From the NCBI GenBank assembly GCA_964631685.1, contig CAZVZU010000002.1:160001-224000 (forward strand): a stretch of 64,000 nt of DNA, read 5' to 3'. The notes beneath the pieces are model-generated. The model saw nothing but the letters and a program-made list of their open reading frames with translations. It made no database searches and was not told the origin of the DNA. The first letter of the stretch is position 1. Each line of letters starts with the position of its first letter. This document shows positions 41,088 to 51,476 of this stretch, in pieces. The translations under genes were made by a program, and so were the position numbers. This DNA is from an uncultured Actinomycetes bacterium. GTDB lineage: Bacteria > SZUA-79 > Acidulodesulfobacterales > Acidulodesulfobacteraceae.

Positions 41088-42233
41088 ATGAAGAAGATTA
41101 TCATTAATGATACAACATTGAGGGACGGAGAGCAGACTGCAGGAATTGTTTTTTCAATATCGGAAAAGTTACTGATTGCAAAAATGCTTGATAAAATTGG
41201 GGTGGACGAGATTGAAGCCGGCATCCCCGTAATGGGAGATAATGAAAAAAAAGTAATTAAACATATTAATGAATTAGGTCTTAGGGCAAAAATAGTCGGT
41301 TGGAACCGAGCAAAATTGGAGGATATTTATGCATCGCTTGATATAGGGCTCAAGGTTGTCCACGTTTCTATTCCAATTTCTCAAATTCAAATGAAATACA
41401 AGCTAAAAAAAGATTGTAAATATGTTAGGACACATCTGATAAATATTCTTAGGATATTAAACAGAGAAGGTATAAAATATTCAGTGGGCGGTGAGGACTC
41501 TTCACGGGCAGATGAGGATATGATTATCGAAATAATAAAAATAGCGAAAGAAGAAGGTGCCTATAAGTATAGGTATTCAGATACGGTCGGGGTACTGAAC
41601 CCCTTAAAGACATTTAAAAATATAAAAAAATTAACGTCATTATTTAAAGATATATTAATTGAAATTCATACTCATAACGATTTTGGTATGGCTTCCGCAA
41701 ATTCTGTTGCAGCCTTACAAGCCGGAGCCAGTTCTTTGTCAGGCAGTGTCTCCGGCATTGGCGAAAGAGCGGGAAATTGCGCTCTTGAGGAGGTAGTTTC
41801 ATATTTAAACTTTATTGAAAACGAAAAAATTAATTTTAATCTAATTAAAGCGAAAAAACTGGCTGAATTTATAGCAAAAATAACAAAACGGCCTATCCCA
41901 TTGCCTAAACCGATCTTTGGTAAGAACATATTTTATCACGAAGCAGGCATTCACACCGATGGAATATTGAAAAATCCGATAAATTATGAAGCGTTTCCCC
42001 CTGAATATGTCGGGGCAAAAAGAAAATTAATGATAGGAAAACACAGCGGTTCTTCTATAGTTAAACACGAACTGCATAAAATTGGATGCCAGGTAACAAA
42101 CGATGAGGCTAAAGACATTCTTAATATTATCAAGGCAAGATCTGTTAAACTAAAAAGATGCTTGACACATAAAGAGGTCGAATCTATTTACAATAGTTAT
42201 AAACTGAACACCGATTACGACATCAATATCTAA
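41088..42233 (+). CDS. nifV: Homocitrate synthase
   Basis: MKKIIINDTTLRDGEQTAG, EDSSRAD, HTHNDFGMA, GIGERAGN, HEAGIH, GKHSG; divergent from nifH. Confidence 0.92.
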   Translation: MKKIIINDTTLRDGEQTAGIVFSISEKLLIAKMLDKIGVDEIEAGIPVMGDNEKKVIKHINELGLRAKIVGWNRAKLEDIYASLDIGLKVVHVSIPISQIQMKYKLKKDCKYVRTHLINILRILNREGIKYSVGGEDSSRADEDMIIEIIKIAKEEGAYKYRYSDTVGVLNPLKTFKNIKKLTSLFKDILIEIHTHNDFGMASANSVAALQAGASSLSGSVSGIGERAGNCALEEVVSYLNFIENEKINFNLIKAKKLAEFIAKITKRPIPLPKPIFGKNIFYHEAGIHTDGILKNPINYEAFPPEYVGAKRKLMIGKHSGSSIVKHELHKIGCQVTNDEAKDILNIIKARSVKLKRCLTHKEVESIYNSYKLNTDYDINI

Positions 42234-42246
42234 AATGCCACAACGT

Positions 42247-43986
42247 TCATACTTGCAAGGATTCCTTTATTTCTTTCAAGATTTTAATTCTATTGTGAAT
42301 AAGATCCTCGAGGGTTGTCGCCTTAACGGCAGTATTTCGTTTGGATGCTATGCCCGCATCTAGTGCCTTCAAAACATTGCTCTGCACAGCTTCTACGGCA
42401 TCTATAACACTCAAACGATAATTTCGCCTTAGTTGTTCCATGCGCATAGAAAAATCATAATTTGCCTTGCCGCAATGCATATCAACGAGCATCCTCGACT
42501 TTTCTCTTGCTTCCTTTAGGATTAATTTATGTGCCAATGCCTTTGGCAACGCTTTTTTCATTAAATCCAGGGTAACACTCAACATACCCGGCTCATCCAC
42601 CGTTTGAAACCTAAATTCAATTTGTGGCGGTAATGTTTCCCGCATCTGTATTTGCCGATAAGATATTCCGAATAGTTCGGTTGATGAGTGAATAATTTGT
42701 TCAAGGATTTTGTTCATGCGATGCATGAACCGTTTAAATATTGCCTCAAGATGTTTTGATAGAATCTTTTCTTCCTCAGTCCTCCAAGAACCAAATATAT
42801 TCCTTATTTGAGTATCAATAAGCTTGCCGATAAGTTCGTTAAATTTTGCATTTCCCTCCGATCCGTGCTCCTTCGTAAATGATTCAACCTGTGACAAGAG
42901 AAATTTGGTCTTTTCTTGCTTTAATTTTTCTATATCTGCCCCAAGTATATCTTTTTTTAGGGATTTAACCTCCTCTGCAAGAAGTCTTTCGCTATCTACC
43001 TTTTCCTGATTAATATCACAAATAAAATTTTGAAAGGTTGCAATATTTTTTTCTAATTTATCAAGGGGAAGATTGACCGATTTTTCCTCAAGTTCGGCAA
43101 AAAGCATCTCCTCATTGACAAGATTATTTGTCTTTTCGGTCACCGATTTGACTAAAACTTCACCTTTCTCATTGACAAGAAATTGTTCAAGCGACTGTTC
43201 AAAACTAAATAAACCGCTTCTTTTTATCTTTTGAGAATCGCCTTCCTTTTTGCCCTTTAACGCATCTTTGCCCGATAGAGGATAAATTATAACATCACTA
43301 ACATTAGATTCTTCCTCTATTACTTTTTTACTAAATGCAAGTGACTCATCTCTGTCTGCCTCGCTTACGGTATCAATTTTGCTTTGCACAAAGAATATTT
43401 TGCCTACCATATTTTTTACATCACGTAAAAACTGGAGTTCGGCATGTGTAAGCGGCGGATCAACCCCAACTATAAATATAGCCGCATCAGCGTGCGGTAA
43501 ATACTCGTAAGTGGTATGGGTATTATGCTCGTAAGTTGAAGCAATACCCGGCGTATCTATAATTTGAACACCATTTTTTAGGTATGGAGATGGATAAGCA
43601 ACCTTAACACGCTCCACCCCTTTCTCGTTTTTTGGGTTATGTTTTTCCGTTATGTAAAGGGGCAGATCTTTATGTATAATTTTTTTTTCAGTTCCGTTCT
43701 TAAAAAAAGCTGTAATTTGTAACTCATCCCCATATTCCAGTATTGTTATAATGGAAGTAAGGGGGATAACAGCCGTCGGCAAAAGATCCTCTCCTAGCAA
43801 GGCATTAATGAATGTAGTTTTGCCCCTCTTAAATTGTCCTACAACAACTAATGAAAAAACATCTGCTTTTAACTTTACACACAACGAACGTGCCGCAACC
43901 ACCGCATGTTCGCCTGTAGCTGCGCTTTCTAATCTTTCTAAACTTTCCAATAAGTCCGTTTTAATTTTTACATATGTATCAAACAT
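42247..43986 (-). CDS. Bacterial dynamin-like GTPase
   Basis: GQFKRGKTTFINALLG..LLPTAVIPLT, IDTPG, SKID; long helical C-terminus. Confidence 0.88.
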   Translation of the reverse strand: MFDTYVKIKTDLLESLERLESAATGEHAVVAARSLCVKLKADVFSLVVVGQFKRGKTTFINALLGEDLLPTAVIPLTSIITILEYGDELQITAFFKNGTEKKIIHKDLPLYITEKHNPKNEKGVERVKVAYPSPYLKNGVQIIDTPGIASTYEHNTHTTYEYLPHADAAIFIVGVDPPLTHAELQFLRDVKNMVGKIFFVQSKIDTVSEADRDESLAFSKKVIEEESNVSDVIIYPLSGKDALKGKKEGDSQKIKRSGLFSFEQSLEQFLVNEKGEVLVKSVTEKTNNLVNEEMLFAELEEKSVNLPLDKLEKNIATFQNFICDINQEKVDSERLLAEEVKSLKKDILGADIEKLKQEKTKFLLSQVESFTKEHGSEGNAKFNELIGKLIDTQIRNIFGSWRTEEEKILSKHLEAIFKRFMHRMNKILEQIIHSSTELFGISYRQIQMRETLPPQIEFRFQTVDEPGMLSVTLDLMKKALPKALAHKLILKEAREKSRMLVDMHCGKANYDFSMRMEQLRRNYRLSVIDAVEAVQSNVLKALDAGIASKRNTAVKATTLEDLIHNRIKILKEIKESLQV

Positions 43987-44020
43987 GATGTTTATACACG
44001 AATTAGTTAATATTTTTATT

Positions 44021-46168
44021 TTAAACCGGTATTAAAACAATTATAAAAAATGACACGATGAAAACAAAAAAGATATAAAAAATATAGAGATTCAAAGAAC
44101 CGTTTTGCATCAATTCCGTTGTAATAGAGCTTATCCTTTCGAACAACCTTATAAATGGAAGATATAAATAATACTCAATAAGTGGAAATATATATGAACC
44201 GTAACCACTCGAATTATGATAATAAGATGAATATGGAAACGGGTTGGATATATTTTTTCTATTCGGCCTTAAATATTCATCGCCGTGATAATAAGATAGT
44301 GTGTGAATTTTTCTATCCGAAAGTCTAAGCCTTTGCCTATAAACAATATTAAACATTATTCTTAAGGCATTTGAAAACCCGAGCGTCGAAACTTGGGTTT
44401 GAGGATTTACTACATTTCTACCCCCCGTCCAAGCGTAATCTACTATGCGTTTTCTAGGCCTTACGATAACCCTATACAAAATATAGAGAATCAGTAAAAG
44501 CAGTATAGACACAAAGAATAAATATACGGGACTTGATGCCGAAAAAGAGCTGTAATATGGTATGAAAATATAATTGTGTAGAATTTTTTTATCAATATTT
44601 ACATGATAAATTAGTTCTGATACCCTAGAAAAAATGGGTGTGTATAAAAACATGAAACCGGCAAGGGAGATGCTCAACAGCACCGGCATTAGCAATGCTA
44701 TATTCATAGATATAGGAACTTCTTTGACCTTTTTAGCCTCATTTGAACGTGGCAAGCCTAGAAAGGTTAATCCGTATAATTTTACATAATTGGATATTGC
44801 AACTGCCGAACTCAACGCTAAAATAGCACCCACGCCGAAGAGAAGTATTCTTGGCAAGACGTCGATTATATGAAAACCCAAGAAGATCATTTCTAAATTA
44901 AGCCATTCCGATACAAACCCATTAAGCGGCGGGATGCCTGCGGCTGAAAGAACCCCTATGAACATAAGTATGCCAGTTATAGGCATCTTCTTTAAAATTC
45001 CACCAAAATTATCCATATTATGGCTTCCTGTCTCATATTCAATATTGCCGGATGCCATAAACAAGAGACTTTTAAAAAATGCGTGGTTTATGAGCGCATA
45101 TAGCGAAGCAACCAGAGCAAGAGCGGAAAGTCCGTATAGCCCGTAGTATTGATAATACAAAGATGCACCGATACCCGTTAAAACAAGTCCCATGTTATCC
45201 ACGGTGGAATATGAAAGTAAAACTTTAATATCATGGGTTTGAGACATATACAGTACGCCAAAAAACATTGTGAAAGCGGCAATAATTAGCGTAATAGTTC
45301 CTAATATTAACGCGGTACTAGCCGGATGCAAAACGTAGAGTCCAAATCGCATTATTCCATAAACACCACAAGATGTAAGTACGCCACTTAAAATCCCTGA
45401 TACTCCCGAAGGTGATGCAGGGTGAGCCTCGGGGAGCCAAATATGCAACGGAACAATACCCATCTTCGCTCCAAATCCGAATAGGAATAGAACAAAAACC
45501 ATCTCCTTTACATAGCCCGGTATTATCACATTTTTTAACGCATCAAGATCAAAATTATTCGAGTATAAATATAAGATGATTAATCCGAGCATAATTAGCA
45601 TTGCTCCGATTTCGGTAATTACAGCCATTAAAAATGCGGCCCTCGTTGTTCCTTTTATATAATGCTTAGTCATTACCAAGAAAAACGAGGAGATGGCCAT
45701 GATCTCCCAAAAAATCATAAACATAAAACCGTTAAAGACAATGATAACAAAATAAACACTCGCAAGCATTATCCCGTACAAAAAGGCAAACAATGCTCGA
45801 TTTACTCCTGCCCCCAACCTGTCAATATACTTTATCTGATACAATGAGATGTAAAAAAATACTCCAAATATGAACATTATAAAAAAATCACTGAGGGTAT
45901 CAAATCTCAATGTTACTCGACCGGCAGGAAAGAAGCTACCAAGATAAATCGTCCGATTAAGAAAATCTTCGCCTTTAAAAAACGCGATTACCGCAAATAA
46001 AACGGCAAATAGGGAAGCCGTCATATAAAAAATATTTGAAAGAACAAAAATATTCTTAATTTTTTTTGATATCAAACCTAAAAATGCAACCAAAATACCA
46101 GCTACGGCAAAGACTAAGAATAGGTAGTAGCAACTTATTGGATTTATAAGGAACGAACTTAAATTCAT
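44021..46168 (-). CDS. hyfB: HyfB/HycC-like proton-translocating antiporter-type subunit
   Basis: FWEIMAISSFFLV, GFGAKMGIVPLHIWLPEAHPASPS, NHAFFKSLLF, PPLNGFVSEW. Confidence 0.85.
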   Translation of the reverse strand: MNLSSFLINPISCYYLFLVFAVAGILVAFLGLISKKIKNIFVLSNIFYMTASLFAVLFAVIAFFKGEDFLNRTIYLGSFFPAGRVTLRFDTLSDFFIMFIFGVFFYISLYQIKYIDRLGAGVNRALFAFLYGIMLASVYFVIIVFNGFMFMIFWEIMAISSFFLVMTKHYIKGTTRAAFLMAVITEIGAMLIMLGLIILYLYSNNFDLDALKNVIIPGYVKEMVFVLFLFGFGAKMGIVPLHIWLPEAHPASPSGVSGILSGVLTSCGVYGIMRFGLYVLHPASTALILGTITLIIAAFTMFFGVLYMSQTHDIKVLLSYSTVDNMGLVLTGIGASLYYQYYGLYGLSALALVASLYALINHAFFKSLLFMASGNIEYETGSHNMDNFGGILKKMPITGILMFIGVLSAAGIPPLNGFVSEWLNLEMIFLGFHIIDVLPRILLFGVGAILALSSAVAISNYVKLYGLTFLGLPRSNEAKKVKEVPISMNIALLMPVLLSISLAGFMFLYTPIFSRVSELIYHVNIDKKILHNYIFIPYYSSFSASSPVYLFFVSILLLLILYILYRVIVRPRKRIVDYAWTGGRNVVNPQTQVSTLGFSNALRIMFNIVYRQRLRLSDRKIHTLSYYHGDEYLRPNRKNISNPFPYSSYYHNSSGYGSYIFPLIEYYLYLPFIRLFERISSITTELMQNGSLNLYIFYIFFVFIVSFFIIVLIPV

Positions 46169-46986
46169 TTAAAATCACCTTTTTTTATTTGCAATAATAT
46201 ACTTAATATTTCAAATGGATTTGGTGGACAGTGTGGTAATATGACAACATTATCCTCCTTAAAAAGCTTTTTGGCTTCATCGTTGAATAATAATCCTTTA
46301 CTATCGCTCCGAAAACTCTTTTCAAATATGCCCCCGGACAATGAACAAGCACCAATTAGGACTACATATCTCGGCCTTGGAATGTTATCTAACACATTAA
46401 AAAAAATATCGGACATCTTTTTTGTGTAAGTACCTGTAACCAACAAAACATCTGCGAACCTAGGACTAGGCGTCATAAAAATACCGAGCCTATGCATATT
46501 ATAATACGGGTTATTTAACGCGCTAATTTCCGACTCGCATGCCCCGCAGGAGCCTGTATCTATATGTTTTACAAATAAAGATTTTTTAAATATTTTATTT
46601 TTGTCCGCACTGGGAAGCGACGGCGCGGAACAAGCAAAGTCTATTCCATAATTTATCGCTTCAGTGATGTCGCTACAAATATCTATGCATAGTCCGCAAG
46701 AAATACATTTGCTTATATCTATAGCCCCGACCAGCTTATCCGCATTTGTCTTATCACTTAAATTCCCATACAATTTATCTAACCTAATCGCTTTAGTAGG
46801 GCAAACAGATTCACACTTCCTGCATTTTAGATCATCATCGGTATCCACCGAATTGCCAAAATTAAGACATTTCTTCTCATTAAATGCAATTGATGAAATA
46901 AATCCGTCGTAAAAATCATTTTCTTTTGGAAATTTTACTGATTTTATACCAAATTTAAGTCCGCTGTAAGTCCAGAAAAAAGCCAT
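46165..46986 (-). CDS. Ferredoxin fused to a NuoB/HyfI-like small subunit (EhrS-like)
   Basis: CRKCESVCP, CISCGLCIDIC, then DTGSCGACESE, SPRFADVLLVTG, GAC, PHCPP. Confidence 0.85.
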   Translation of the reverse strand: MAFFWTYSGLKFGIKSVKFPKENDFYDGFISSIAFNEKKCLNFGNSVDTDDDLKCRKCESVCPTKAIRLDKLYGNLSDKTNADKLVGAIDISKCISCGLCIDICSDITEAINYGIDFACSAPSLPSADKNKIFKKSLFVKHIDTGSCGACESEISALNNPYYNMHRLGIFMTPSPRFADVLLVTGTYTKKMSDIFFNVLDNIPRPRYVVLIGACSLSGGIFEKSFRSDSKGLLFNDEAKKLFKEDNVVILPHCPPNPFEILSILLQIKKGDFK

Positions 46987-47008
46987 TATCGTACCCTTTT
47001 AACTTTTT

Positions 47009-48151
47009 TTATTTATCGACGGCTGCAACTGAAAAGTTATAGCTTGTCTCGTTAACGTTAAAGTCCATCATCATCGTGTTTTTAACACTATTCGCAAACA
47101 GATTATAATTACTTTTGAATGGATATCGTAAATTTACCTTATTAAAAATATAGCCGTTAAAATCTTTTACATAACATAAGATAGATCCTTCGGAAGATTC
47201 CACATAACCAAAACCATGCCCTCTTCCCTTATTTCCCTGCGTTAGATCGCTTGCTTTCTTGTATATTTCAAAATCTACGGAATTATTAAATTTATTTTTT
47301 TTGAGCATTATTAGGCAATAATCAAGTATAGATAACGATTGTATAATTTCGTCTATCCTAACCATATATCTTGCATAGGCATCTCCATCATTGTATACCG
47401 TATTTTCGAGCTTCATATCCCCATATAAAAGATATGGTGCCTTAATCCTTAAATCTGAGGCTATGCCCACACTTTTTGCAACTACGCCTTTTGCGCAAAA
47501 ACGCTTTGCCGTTTTTATATTCACCTTTCCCGTTGTCTTCAACCTATCTATGTGCGACTTTGTTTCTATATTTTTTGCAATAATCCACTGGACACTATTT
47601 ACGACCAATTTAGTTGAATTCAAAATCGATTCCATATCTTGCATAGATAAACCCTTTCGAATACCCCCCACCATATTAATACCCATTAAATAACGGGATT
47701 TTACGAACTTTGAGGACAACTGCTTTAGCATCTCGGCATAATAGGAATATAAGGCCGAAGGTACTTGAATATAAGTAGATTCAGCTATTTCAGCTAAATT
47801 TTCTATATGGTTCCTAATCCTTTCAAGCTCCGCAAAAAACATTCGTAAAAGCTGCAGATTTTTATGTATTTTTTCTGTAAGCCCAAAGAAATTCTCGATG
47901 CTAAGGCAAAGGCTTAATGATGCGCTAAAGGCGTTCAGCCCTGATATTCTCTCTGTAACCAGAACTTGTTCATATAAATTGTCCTTTTTAGATAAAACAT
48001 CTTGCGCATGCCTCTTTTTATATCCGAGCGTTATATTTATATTATGCAACTCTTCTCCCGATGACAAAAATTCATACAAGATAGATTCGCTAACATTTTT
48101 TCTGACGGGACCCCAATCAAACTCATAATCCCCTAAAAATTTCTTTTGCAC
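47009..48151 (-). CDS. NuoD/HyfG-like large subunit lacking the Ni-Fe cysteines (EhrL-like)
   Basis: WGPV, ERISG (no CxxC), ELERIRNH, GDAYARY, VES, DFNVNETSYNFS (no DPCxxC). Confidence 0.82.
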   Translation of the reverse strand: MQKKFLGDYEFDWGPVRKNVSESILYEFLSSGEELHNINITLGYKKRHAQDVLSKKDNLYEQVLVTERISGLNAFSASLSLCLSIENFFGLTEKIHKNLQLLRMFFAELERIRNHIENLAEIAESTYIQVPSALYSYYAEMLKQLSSKFVKSRYLMGINMVGGIRKGLSMQDMESILNSTKLVVNSVQWIIAKNIETKSHIDRLKTTGKVNIKTAKRFCAKGVVAKSVGIASDLRIKAPYLLYGDMKLENTVYNDGDAYARYMVRIDEIIQSLSILDYCLIMLKKNKFNNSVDFEIYKKASDLTQGNKGRGHGFGYVESSEGSILCYVKDFNGYIFNKVNLRYPFKSNYNLFANSVKNTMMMDFNVNETSYNFSVAAVDK

Positions 48152-48171
48152 CTTTATTCCTCTTTATCTTT

Positions 48172-49656
48172 TCATACTATTCGATTAATAATATGTGTGA
48201 TACCCATTAATAAATGATGAAGACTTTCTGGTATGTAAAGCCCTAAAATTACCAATGCCACAAGTGGTAATGCCATTGGCAAGATAGATGTCAGCCCAAA
48301 ATCACCTTTTTCAATATTTAAATTGTCCTCGTTCTTCCCAAAGATGATTGAACCAACTTTCGACAGTAAACTCACAAATGCCGCGATTAAAAGACTTACA
48401 AGCACGATTGTGACCACATAGTAACCGTTTTTTAAACTTTGAAGTATAATTAAAAATTCGCTTATAAAAGTAACCGAAGGGGGAGCTCCTATTAACGCGA
48501 GCACACCGGCGGCAAATAGAAAGGATGTCTTCGGCATAATATAAAATGCACCCTTAATTTTTTTGATATCCTTCGTTTTATACTTGTGCAATAAATTTCC
48601 CGAACCAAAAAACATAATAGGTTTTGCGAGGCTGTGACTGAGCATCTGCAGAAGCGCACCGAAGGTACCAAATATACCCCCTAAACCAAAGCCCAGACTA
48701 ATTATACCCATGTGTTCAATACTGGAATATGCAAAAAGTCTTTTTGTCGACTTTTGATTTATAATTCCCATTACACCCGTAAATATAGTAAAAAGACCGA
48801 TGATAACCATTATGGTTTGAGGATAATTAAACCCTATATCCCTTCCCGTGATACTAAAATACCTCATTATGCCGTACATTGCCGTGTTTAAAAGGGATGC
48901 CGATAGCATACTCGAAATTGGAGATGGTGCTTCGGAATGGGCGTCCGGAAGCCATGTATGCATAGGCGATAATCCCACCTTTGTCCCTAGTCCTATCACC
49001 ATTAAAATAAATGCAAACATTACTATATCTTTATTGAGATAAACAGCATTTAAGTTTAAGGTAGTCCAATCCAACGATGAAACAATATGCGCACTACCCG
49101 GAATATTCCCCGAGAGATAAAAGAGCACGGTACCCAAAAGGGCAAGCGAAAGCCCGGATGAAACAATAAGTATGTACTTCCATGCCGCTTCTATTGACTT
49201 TTCCGTAACCTCCGTTATGACCAAAAAGGCGCTCGTTATTGTTGTAAGTTCTATATCTATTAGGTAAATTGCCATATTATTTATCATTGGAGCTACAAGC
49301 ATAGTTAAAGCAAAAAGATTTAAAAATAGGTAATACCTATTAAATTCTTTATCCGTCATTTGTTCGTCTTCCATTGCAAGCCTTATATATGATATGCCGT
49401 GCATTGACGACAAAAAATATACGATACTGACTAAAAGCATTATGTAAGCGCTAAATCTATCTATGACTATCGCACCGTTGAAGAGAGTGATGACCTTCAT
49501 ATTAATAGAAAAATAAAGAATAATTGATGCGCCGATTAGCTCCAAAAATGAGGATACAAAACTCGCATATTCTGAAAATCTTTTATTCTTTATTATAAAA
49601 GAACTAAGCGCTACAAATAATGGAATTATTAAGAATGTAATAATAAAAATTTTCAT
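48172..49656 (-). CDS. hyfF: HyfF-like antiporter-type membrane subunit
   Basis: EAAWKY, GTKVGLSPMHTWLPDAHSEAPSP, KRLFAYSSIEHMG. Confidence 0.88.
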   Translation of the reverse strand: MKIFIITFLIIPLFVALSSFIIKNKRFSEYASFVSSFLELIGASIILYFSINMKVITLFNGAIVIDRFSAYIMLLVSIVYFLSSMHGISYIRLAMEDEQMTDKEFNRYYLFLNLFALTMLVAPMINNMAIYLIDIELTTITSAFLVITEVTEKSIEAAWKYILIVSSGLSLALLGTVLFYLSGNIPGSAHIVSSLDWTTLNLNAVYLNKDIVMFAFILMVIGLGTKVGLSPMHTWLPDAHSEAPSPISSMLSASLLNTAMYGIMRYFSITGRDIGFNYPQTIMVIIGLFTIFTGVMGIINQKSTKRLFAYSSIEHMGIISLGFGLGGIFGTFGALLQMLSHSLAKPIMFFGSGNLLHKYKTKDIKKIKGAFYIMPKTSFLFAAGVLALIGAPPSVTFISEFLIILQSLKNGYYVVTIVLVSLLIAAFVSLLSKVGSIIFGKNEDNLNIEKGDFGLTSILPMALPLVALVILGLYIPESLHHLLMGITHIINRIV

Positions 49657-49662
49657 ATTTTA

Positions 49663-50337
49663 TTACCCTACCAATCTATTTAGCATGGTTGTAGAAAAAG
49701 AACCCGTTTTTACCTTCATGAACATAGACAAAATTAACATTGCAACAAGCGTGACCAAAATGTCGAATAAAACCACTAATTCCACAATTATCGGGAGAGT
49801 AGGAACTATTACGACGGATAAAAGAAATATTCCGTTTTCTATAACGAGTATTCCAAGAATATGCGTTATAGTTGTAAACCTCGAAATAATCATAAAAAAA
49901 CCGATGAAGATTAGGCTCAGTGCGATGGATGATGCATTAATAACAATTTTTGGCGAAAATGGGGAGATCAATCTATATATCAAAAAATAAGCAAAAATTG
50001 TTAGCAGCAATCCGGAAATAATAGAAAGCGGGATTTTTATACTGAGCTTTACCTCTTCTTTAATATTAAATTTTTTGATCATTCTTAGGAGTATGTACGG
50101 CACTATAATTGTTCTGACAATCAATGTTAAAAACGCAACAAGATAGAGGTTTATATTCTGCGTTTCTATTCCTAGAACTAATGTTAGAATAAATATTAAA
50201 AATGATTGAAAACTGTAAGCATGTATATAAAAAGATATCCATTTAGAACTTAGCATCACAAAAGACGACAGAAGGATTAGTGCGACTATAAGTCCCTCCA
50301 AGACATAGACATAAACAGGCATTGTATATCCCAGCAT
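49663..50337 (-). CDS. hyfE: HyfE-like membrane subunit
   Basis: YSFQS, ENGIFL, VELVVLFD. Confidence 0.82.
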   Translation of the reverse strand: MLGYTMPVYVYVLEGLIVALILLSSFVMLSSKWISFYIHAYSFQSFLIFILTLVLGIETQNINLYLVAFLTLIVRTIIVPYILLRMIKKFNIKEEVKLSIKIPLSIISGLLLTIFAYFLIYRLISPFSPKIVINASSIALSLIFIGFFMIISRFTTITHILGILVIENGIFLLSVVIVPTLPIIVELVVLFDILVTLVAMLILSMFMKVKTGSFSTTMLNRLVG

Positions 50338-50358
50338 ATTTTTACCTCAAAAAATATT

Positions 50359-51318
50359 TTAAAAACCTTTATATTGAAATGTCATTATCGCAAGAACACT
50401 TAAAACAAATGCTGCGGCGAAATATTCCTGATATCTGAAGAATCTTAATCTTGAAATGGCGGTATCTATAACCGCTGCTATAAACCCGACAACTAACATT
50501 TTTACTATGAGACTGACTACGGCAATCACTAGATTAATCGGACTGTGGTCAACGGATAGCCCCCATGGAAAAACCAGCACATTCAAAAAGATCACCAGAA
50601 GTAGAAATTGCTTCATATAGCCTGACCATTTTAGAAAAGCTAAATACGGACCGGAGTATTCCAATATTCTTGCCTCTTCGATCATACTCATCTCTACAGA
50701 TGTAGATGCATTAATCGGTCTTCTATCGGTATCTGCCAAAAATAAAAGAAAAAATGCGACTATAATCAAAAAATGCGACGGACTAAAATAAAGTGGCAAA
50801 GACGATGTTATAGTGTTCAGCATCACGTAAGGCAGAGTAGACCTAGCTATTAATGCAACACCCACAAAGACTAGTATAAGCGTAGGTTCCGAAAGAATGG
50901 CAATAAGGGTGGCACGAGACGAACCCAACCCCCCATAACTAGTGCTATGATCAAGCGCCGCAATATTTATAAAAAACGATGAAAAAGAAAAAAGAAATGC
51001 TCCTACGAGCATGTCACCCATGAATCCCAAGGGCAACGGATATGCGGTTAAAACCGGAATAAGAAGGGTAATCAGCACCATCGAAATAAATGAAACAAAC
51101 GGCGTCAATTTAAAAATAAACGAGGCACCGGATGGTACTAATATTTCCTTACGAAAAAGTTTATGCAGATCATAATAGGGCTGAAAGACCGATGGCCCCC
51201 TCTTTCCCTCGAAAATATCTTCCATTTTACTAATAAACCCGGCAATAAATGGAGAAAAAACAAGAACCGTTACAACCTGAAAAACCTGAAAAACAGCTGA
51301 ATTTATATAGACGTCCAT
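50359..51318 (-). CDS. hyfC: HyfC/HycD (NuoH-like) membrane subunit
   Basis: GPSVFQPYYDLHKLFRKE, GGLGSSR, SEP, MIEEARILEYSG. Confidence 0.88.
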   Translation of the reverse strand: MDVYINSAVFQVFQVVTVLVFSPFIAGFISKMEDIFEGKRGPSVFQPYYDLHKLFRKEILVPSGASFIFKLTPFVSFISMVLITLLIPVLTAYPLPLGFMGDMLVGAFLFSFSSFFINIAALDHSTSYGGLGSSRATLIAILSEPTLILVFVGVALIARSTLPYVMLNTITSSLPLYFSPSHFLIIVAFFLLFLADTDRRPINASTSVEMSMIEEARILEYSGPYLAFLKWSGYMKQFLLLVIFLNVLVFPWGLSVDHSPINLVIAVVSLIVKMLVVGFIAAVIDTAISRLRFFRYQEYFAAAFVLSVLAIMTFQYKGF

Positions 51319-51381
51319 CGTAGACTAAATACTCCTCTCCAACATTACATTAAAAAACTAAAGAGCCACTGAAAATGTAAT

Positions 51382-51464
51382 ATAGGAGTCATTAGCCTCA
51401 GGTTTTAAGGCACAAGCAAATATTGATTTATTCATTAAACTGCTTAAGGCAGACCCCATTGCCT
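51382..51464 (-). ncRNA. Fluoride (crcB-motif) riboswitch
   Basis: GGCAAUGGGGUCUGCC (P1 plus pseudoknot loop), an optional P2 insert, GCCUUA-AAACC-UGAGGC (P3), then UAAUGACUCCUA; GGGGUC pairs with GACUCC. Confidence 0.85.
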
Positions 51465-51476
51465 CAATACCCTTTT

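Noticed and set aside
44021..51318. Annotation as formate hydrogenlyase or [NiFe] hydrogenase-4
   Set aside because: The large subunit lacks both CxxC Ni-binding motifs, and no hyp maturation or fdh genes are in the window.
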